Shown in pieces: positions 1 through 4,585 of a stretch of 5,723 nt of DNA. This DNA is from Candidatus Hermodarchaeota archaeon (GTDB lineage: Archaea; Asgardarchaeota; Heimdallarchaeia; Hodarchaeales; Hodarchaeaceae). Position 1 is the stretch's first letter; every line of letters begins with the position of its first letter. The DNA lies in contig JBHLKY010000060.1 in assembly GCA_048886185.1 (NCBI GenBank), positions 1 to 5,723 on the forward strand, read 5' to 3'. The notes under the pieces are model-generated. The model saw only the letters and a program-made list of their open reading frames with translations, searched no databases and was not told the DNA's origin. Position numbers and translations under genes: made by a program.

Positions 1-1973
1 TCAGTTATTCTACTAGAAGGAATATAAGGATGAGAATAATTGATAGCGAATACTTTATATTGTTCTAAAGCTGTTTCAAGATACGTTTCGTTTGCTGTAA
101 TATTTCGTTCAGTTACGACAATTATTTCATCTACAATGATCCTTCCAGACATCTCAGTCACGTTGGCTTGCATGAAAGTACCTTCCCCAAAATCTATAGT
201 CCAATTCAATCCATTAAGCTTGCTTTGATTGTAGAGCGTGTGTCCAGCAGGTAAGCTCATATTTATTGACCAATTAGATATGTATTTCTGTTCACCTGGA
301 AATGATTGAAGCATTAACATCATATACTGTATTTTTGTGAACAAAAACTCAGCGACCAATGCCTTGTCACTATCATTCCATGCGCCAATATAAACTCTCC
401 AATCTGAACCACTCACATATTTAGCAAAATTGGATGAAAGGGCCATTATTGATATTTTAGTTCCAGTTGCTGTACTCAAAGGAATAATTTTGGATTGAGT
501 TACATTGATATCAAATCCGAGGAGAATCAGTTGTTCCATTGATATTCCTTGGTAGAATGCCTCTTTAACTGGGGCATACTCTGTTCGCTCTGCTGGTGGT
601 GGTTGTCCTCCAAAATCAAATTGTGTATAAGTTACTCTCTTAGGTTCAACTATTACATTAATACTCTGTTCAGTGTTATTAAATGTTCCATAAATTGTAT
701 AGGTTCCAGGTAGAACGTTGTACCAAATGTAACCAGACTTAGAGATATTTATATTCGCTGATCTTTCTGGTCCACTATAATACACGTTTGTACAATTAAC
801 CAATGTTCCATTATAGTATCCTGCGATATACAAACTCCCTGTGTCATTTAATGTTTTTTCATAGTTCCGTGCAGCAATAGCAAGATCTTTTATATTGATC
901 TTTCCATCCCAATTCAGGTCTAGTTCAGTATTCCAGTCCTGATCACCTACCATTGATCCAATGTTTCCAGCTATGACCTCGAGATCTTCTCTCTCAACTT
1001 TCCCATCCCCATCACTGACATCACCTTGTAATGCCACAGTTTTAATGCCTTTTTCCAAGCTAGCTTTATCAGTAACTGTTATATTATCCGGTACATCATA
1101 TTCGACATCAGGTTGAAGAGATGATATATTAGAGAAAAACGTTTGTCGTAAGAGGTCAGCAAGAGGAGATTCTGGAATAATAATAGTAAAATTCATGATA
1201 GCACTCCCATTGACTAGTACCTCGATGTCTTGTAAAATAGACATTTCGACTTGAGTGGCAACACTTTCCACCTCTGCTTGAATCAACACTTTTCCATCTG
1301 CTGAAGCTTCTGTAGCTTCATAGTTATAGGAATCATCAAATATTATTGGGCCTAATGGGTAATTCTCAGTTGGATAGTATTTGTTGTTTACAATGTAGAA
1401 TGTATCATTAGCATCACGTTTCGTTAGGCTACCACTTCCGATTCCCATCTCATCAGTTTGCATAGCCGACACTGTGATGAAAGGAACAGCTGAAATGACG
1501 ATATTTGTTGAATTATAACCATAAGTATTCCAATAGATTACCAAATCACTATCATCATAATAATTGGAGTGTAGTATTTCAGTATCGGCTGTTGGATGCA
1601 ATTCAATGTTCTCCGCTAAGTATCCTCCACTAATGAGCCATTCATACACTCCTATTGCGTCTGTATCCAAAGAATCACGGAAAAATACCACTTTCGTTTC
1701 ATTAGGGGAGCTGTAGCTGGATGCCCATAACACGGTTCTATTCAAGAGTTCCCATATAGTAAAACTAAAGGAAGTTGGTTTATACCATCCAAAATAAGCT
1801 TGTTTATTTGGATCGTTTATTATCAGAATATCTTTGCTTGGTGTCTCCGAGGAAGTTTCTGACCTACTAAGAGGAGACGTATTCACTGGTGTGGTATTGA
1901 GGGGGAAGCTTGTCACGTTAGTATAGAGTAGAAAAGCTAATATAATAGCTGACCTAATTTGTACTTTTTTCAT
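1..1973 (-). CDS. Large secreted multidomain surface protein with a dockerin domain (3'-partial, at least 657 aa; absent from the ORF track)
   Basis: Hand translation from ATG at 1973 gives an uninterrupted frame to the window edge (MKKVQIRSAIILAFLLYTNVTSF...YKVFRYQLFSSYIPSSRIT>). The N-terminus is signal-peptide-like (basic MKKVQIR, then hydrophobic SAIILAFLLY). It has an internal duplicated dockerin motif and about 25 N-x-S/T sequons. Confidence 0.93.
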   Translation of the reverse strand, partial: MKKVQIRSAIILAFLLYTNVTSFPLNTTPVNTSPLSRSETSSETPSKDILIINDPNKQAYFGWYKPTSFSFTIWELLNRTVLWASSYSSPNETKVVFFRDSLDTDAIGVYEWLISGGYLAENIELHPTADTEILHSNYYDDSDLVIYWNTYGYNSTNIVISAVPFITVSAMQTDEMGIGSGSLTKRDANDTFYIVNNKYYPTENYPLGPIIFDDSYNYEATEASADGKVLIQAEVESVATQVEMSILQDIEVLVNGSAIMNFTIIIPESPLADLLRQTFFSNISSLQPDVEYDVPDNITVTDKASLEKGIKTVALQGDVSDGDGKVEREDLEVIAGNIGSMVGDQDWNTELDLNWDGKINIKDLAIAARNYEKTLNDTGSLYIAGYYNGTLVNCTNVYYSGPERSANINISKSGYIWYNVLPGTYTIYGTFNNTEQSINVIVEPKRVTYTQFDFGGQPPPAERTEYAPVKEAFYQGISMEQLILLGFDINVTQSKIIPLSTATGTKISIMALSSNFAKYVSGSDWRVYIGAWNDSDKALVAEFLFTKIQYMMLMLQSFPGEQKYISNWSINMSLPAGHTLYNQSKLNGLNWTIDFGEGTFMQANVTEMSGRIIVDEIIVVTERNITANETYLETALEQYKVFAINYSHPYIPSSRIT
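612..839 (-). other. Small beta-sandwich module (PEGA / carboxypeptidase-regulatory-like), aa ~379-454
   Basis: GSLYIAGYYNGTLVNCTNVYYSGP...SGYIWYNVLPGTYTIYGTFNNTEQSINVIVEPKRVTYTQFDF. The opening 'G.L.I', the 'V.PGTYTI' motif and the closing 'V.V......V.F' pattern are typical of these ~80 aa modules. Recognised by eye. Confidence 0.55.
852..1025 (-). other. Dockerin domain (two Ca2+-binding loop-helix repeats), aa 317-374
   Basis: GDVSDGDGKVEREDLEVIAGNIGSMVGDQDWNTELDLNWDGKINIKDLAIAARNYEKT. Repeat 2 is a canonical D-x-N-x-D-G-x-I-N-x-x-D loop plus helix. Repeat 1 has the same pattern with a one-residue insertion. The 'GS..G...WN...DLN' linker is the style I associate with archaeal (Bathyarchaeia-type) dockerins. 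Confidence 0.9.
1272..1835 (-). other. Putative class I glutamine amidotransferase-like (ThuA-like) alpha/beta module, aa ~47-234, probably non-catalytic
   Basis: Alternating strand/helix pattern KVVFF...SDLVIYW...VPFITVS...DEMGIG...FYIVNNKYYPTENYPLGPI...GKVLIQA, plus a 'YFGW....F....WELLNRTVLWA' segment. It resembles flavodoxin-like modules of secreted proteins. By-eye assignment only. Confidence 0.4.
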
Positions 1974-2685
1974 GTTTTTTTGACTTCCTTTTTCTTATTA
2001 TTACGAAACCAGTAATAATTACAACTAAAACGATGGTAATTAATATTAGAGTGTTGATATCTGGGAATGGTGGTGAACTTGGAGTTTTAGTGAGGCCTAC
2101 TGATATTTCCGCCCTATCAAAGGATTCTATAGGAATTAGATTAATGTACGGAGTTAGAATGAATGTGTCAATTCCATAAGGCGTCGAAAAGTATATTATT
2201 GAACTATTTTGTGATGGTATTTGTGTCAGGTTAAGTTCAATCCACATTAAGCTCCCATATCCAGGAGACTTTTCATCATTGCCAAGTAGAGACTCTCCGT
2301 GTATAACATACCCCTCTTCATTGTTAATTATTGGAATTATAGGTATCGGGGAGTATTCGGAAAAAAAATCACTTTTATTACCATTTGTGTAACCGATTTT
2401 TGTGGCTTTAAGAAAAGTTGAATTGAAATACAATTTTACTTGCCATGCAAAACTTTGCAGTGTTACATTAATAAAGACAGTAACGTTGAATTTATCACCT
2501 ATACTGGCCGTTATAACGCTTGAGGGTTCTAGCCACATTGCATTTGCAGGATGAGGTTCAGAATATACAAATGCTTCAATATAATTGATCGAATAACTCG
2601 ATGTAATCATTAAAGTAACAAGGAAAATGCTAGGTAAGGTAGCCTCCCTAAATTTGCTTTTTTTTATGATATACATTTCTTCCAC
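1954..2685 (-). CDS. Membrane-anchored single-cohesin-domain protein
   Basis: 243 aa ORF (GTG at 2685; alternative ATG at 2676). It has a signal-like N-terminus (KKSKFR, hydrophobic stretch, ...IEA) and a cohesin-like beta-sandwich at aa ~49-196 (GDKFNVTVFINV..SFAWQVKLYFNSTFLKA; GYGSLMWIEL). This is followed by a Pro/Ser/Thr linker TKTPSSPPFP, a TM helix INTLILITIVLVVIITGFVII and a basic tail RKRKSKK. There are 6 N-x-S/T sequons. Confidence 0.85.
   Translation of the reverse strand: MEEMYIIKKSKFREATLPSIFLVTLMITSSYSINYIEAFVYSEPHPANAMWLEPSSVITASIGDKFNVTVFINVTLQSFAWQVKLYFNSTFLKATKIGYTNGNKSDFFSEYSPIPIIPIINNEEGYVIHGESLLGNDEKSPGYGSLMWIELNLTQIPSQNSSIIYFSTPYGIDTFILTPYINLIPIESFDRAEISVGLTKTPSSPPFPDINTLILITIVLVVIITGFVIIRKRKSKKHEKSTN
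2098..2541 (-). other. Cohesin domain, aa ~49-196
   Basis: 'G..F.V.V.......AWQ.KL.FN...L.A' and 'G.G.L..I.' signatures, about 150 aa and all-beta character. It sits next to a dockerin gene. Confidence 0.75.
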
Positions 2686-2692
2686 AGTATTA

Positions 2693-2725
2693 TTTTATAA
2701 GTATTAAGAATATTATTGTATATAA
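2693..2725 (-). promoter_or_regulatory. Candidate TATA-like elements upstream of the cohesin gene
   Basis: Minus-strand TTATATAC (2725-2718) and TTATAAAA (2700-2693). The region is very AT-rich and has no clear BRE, so the real element cannot be picked. Confidence 0.25.
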
Positions 2726-2779
2726 CAACACGTTCTTTATGTATTTATTTTAAGAGGTTAATAAAATTAATTTCCACAC

Positions 2780-2812
2780 AAATAGCTTACTGGCAAGTAC
2801 TTTTTGCTATTT
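2780..2812. repeat. Imperfect inverted repeat in the intergenic region
   Basis: AAATAGC (2780-2786) pairs with GCTATTT (2806-2812) and encloses an inner TACT-GGCA-AGTA hairpin (2788-2799). T-rich sequence follows on the plus strand. Confidence 0.3.
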
Positions 2813-3031
2813 TTCTTTTCATTAGTTATTGTGTATCTCAAAATTCTTCTCTTGAACTGTCTTAGCATTACTTACAACCCTTAGAAGGAATAAACAACCA
2901 AGAAAGAGTATAGATATTAACTAGAATTGTGTTATAGGCTTAAAACTCTCATCTACCTTGAATTAATGGTTCATTTTATATCTACAAGGTAATTATAAGG
3001 TTTATTCGTGTTTAAAAAGTGATTCAGAATT

Positions 3032-4267
3032 CTAACTTGATTTTTTTTCACTTCTCTTAATCAATCGCCAAATGCTTTTCTCTTGTATTGGTCTCATTCC
3101 AAATAAAAATCGTAGAGTATTCTCTTCCCTGATTATAACTAATAAAATGAAAATGCACACGAATGAAGAAGTAATGATTAGCATATATTTTATCAGAATT
3201 CCTACATTTAATTGGATGATAAAGAACCCGAAAATTATTAATATTGTTTGATGTAGAATATAAAAAGGTAGAACCAGTTCATTGAGGAATTTTCGAGACT
3301 TGGAATCCTTATTAAGATATTTATTGCCTATAAAGAGAATTATAACTAAACCAGTCCACGCGAATATAGTTCTAAATAGCCAAAATAGTGGTTCTGAAAA
3401 AGGATATTCATTTGGAGTGGCTTTGAAGATATCATTATGGAAAAAATAAATCACAATCATCAAGAGTGCAAAGCAGAAACCGTTTATTATTGCAATCTTT
3501 CTGACATTTTTATTTATTGTTTCCATTAATTGATTATCAAATGCTAAAATAAATCCATAGATATAATAAAATAGATGTGAAAAGATATTCCAACCACCGA
3601 AAAGAGGGAGATCTGTCAGAAAAGCATATAATATTTCTGACAAAAAAATAGGAATAGGGAACAGATATATTGCACGAGGATTTCTCAACAAAGATGTTAT
3701 CTTTTCCTTATTCTTTTCTTTTTGTAAAAATGTGAAGAAATTTAGTGTTAAAAGTGAGAATAGGAATAGGATTACCAAAAACCACAGATGGTGGCCCAAA
3801 ATTGCGAAATTTCCCCCAAATCCATAAATTCCATTAAAATAAGTAGGATAGAATTCAAATAAAGAACCTGAAAACTCACCTGTGTTAACACGCTCTAAAT
3901 ACACTTGTAAAGGGATATGAGTGAATAATCCAACGAAAAAGGGAACCATTAATCGAATGAATCTTGAGGAGAGATAGTTTCTATTTTTTATTTTCCTACT
4001 CTCAAGGATACCTAAGGTAATGAAGGTTCCCATACCTGCGATAATGAAAAATAATGGCATCCCCAAGGCTGTTAAAAATGACATATAGGCGGTTAAATTT
4101 GGATCAATCACATTATTTTTGAGATGCCAATCTTCTCCATCGAAAAACCTTGTGCCATGATATATAAAAACAAGAAAGATTGCAATAATCCTCAACCAAT
4201 CAAGATCATATCTTCTTTCAGATGAAGCACCATTTGAATTACTTCCATTTTTAATGGTATCTTTCAT
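3032..4267 (-). CDS. Acyltransferase family 3 (AT3; OpgC/MdoC-like) multi-pass membrane protein, stand-alone with no SGNH domain
   Basis: 411 aa with ~10 hydrophobic segments. Family motifs: RRYDLDWLRIIAIFLVFIYH, MPLFFIIAG, RFIRLMVPF, HLWFL, LPFYILHQT. Confidence 0.9.
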   Translation of the reverse strand: MKDTIKNGSNSNGASSERRYDLDWLRIIAIFLVFIYHGTRFFDGEDWHLKNNVIDPNLTAYMSFLTALGMPLFFIIAGMGTFITLGILESRKIKNRNYLSSRFIRLMVPFFVGLFTHIPLQVYLERVNTGEFSGSLFEFYPTYFNGIYGFGGNFAILGHHLWFLVILFLFSLLTLNFFTFLQKEKNKEKITSLLRNPRAIYLFPIPIFLSEILYAFLTDLPLFGGWNIFSHLFYYIYGFILAFDNQLMETINKNVRKIAIINGFCFALLMIVIYFFHNDIFKATPNEYPFSEPLFWLFRTIFAWTGLVIILFIGNKYLNKDSKSRKFLNELVLPFYILHQTILIIFGFFIIQLNVGILIKYMLIITSSFVCIFILLVIIREENTLRFLFGMRPIQEKSIWRLIKRSEKKSS

Positions 4268-4290
4268 GAAACCATTAGTTAAAGTATTTA

Positions 4291-4308
4291 GTTTATATCT
4301 ATTTTAGT
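4291..4308 (-). promoter_or_regulatory. Putative archaeal BRE-TATA promoter of the acyltransferase gene (likely leaderless mRNA)
   Basis: Minus strand reads ACTAAAATAG-ATATAAAC. The TATA octamer (4298-4291) lies at -31..-24 from the A of the ATG at 4267, preceded by an A-rich BRE-like tract. Confidence 0.5.
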
Positions 4309-4425
4309 CTGAAAGAAAAGGGATGTTGAAGCTACGAATACTCATTTTAAAGGAATTTAATCAACTAAAACTACTTATGTGGCCCTCAAATTGGATTAAA
4401 ATGGCTTAACAAACACCAAACGACA

Positions 4426-4480
4426 TCTAATATATTAGAAGAAACAAACATACATGTGTTTGATATATATTTAATATTAA
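4426..4480. promoter_or_regulatory. Cluster of palindromes, possible transcription-factor operator(s)
   Basis: Perfect 14-bp palindrome TCTAATATATTAGA (4426-4439), dyad CAAACA-N6-TGTTTG (4445-4462) and perfect 10-bp TTAATATTAA (4471-4480). Confidence 0.35.
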
Positions 4481-4537
4481 TAAACTCTATATAACACAAG
4501 ATTCGGAGATAAGATAGCAAAGACATTTTTTATATTC

Positions 4538-4543
4538 AAAAAA
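4538..4543 (-). terminator. Candidate oligo-T terminator after the oxidoreductase gene
   Basis: GGCTTTTTTG on the minus strand, about 43 nt after the stop codon at 4586. Archaeal intrinsic terminators are oligo-U tracts. Confidence 0.3.
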
Positions 4544-4585
4544 GCCTAAACTGACAATAATATTCTTCATTTAATCAGTGATTGG

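Noticed and set aside
40-228. 62-aa plus-strand ORF from the track
   Set aside because: It lies antisense within the long dockerin-protein CDS, starts at TTG and has no recognisable motif; most likely a shadow ORF.
852-1025. Reading the duplicated D-x-N-x-D-G loops as ordinary EF-hands or FG-GAP repeats
   Set aside because: There is no entering helix before loop 1, and the loop-helix duplication, spacing and adjacent cohesin gene fit a dockerin better.
2361-2368. A8/T8 homopolymers (2361-2368, 2658-2665, 3041-3048) as phase-variation tracts
   Set aside because: The runs are short, expected at this AT content from Phe/Lys codons, and all reading frames are intact.
1-2685. Calling the locus a true cellulosome
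   Set aside because: There is only one cohesin, no multi-cohesin scaffoldin, and no recognisable cellulose-binding module or glycoside hydrolase in the visible sequence.
2767-2868. 33-aa minus-strand mini-ORF (MLRQFKRRILRYTITNEKKNSKKYLPVSYLCGN) in the spacer
   Set aside because: Its length is expected by chance, with no clear ribosome-binding site or motif. It is not excluded, but unsupported.
2686-3031. CRISPR array, tRNA or IS ends in the AT-rich spacers (also 4268-4585)
   Set aside because: No regularly spaced repeats, no cloverleaf or T-loop motif, no terminal inverted repeats with target duplication, and no transposase.
3032-4267. Lower GC (~31% in sampled lines vs ~36-39% in neighbours) as evidence of horizontal transfer
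   Set aside because: The Phe/Ile/Leu-rich membrane protein composition can explain the dip, and the estimates are only hand samples.
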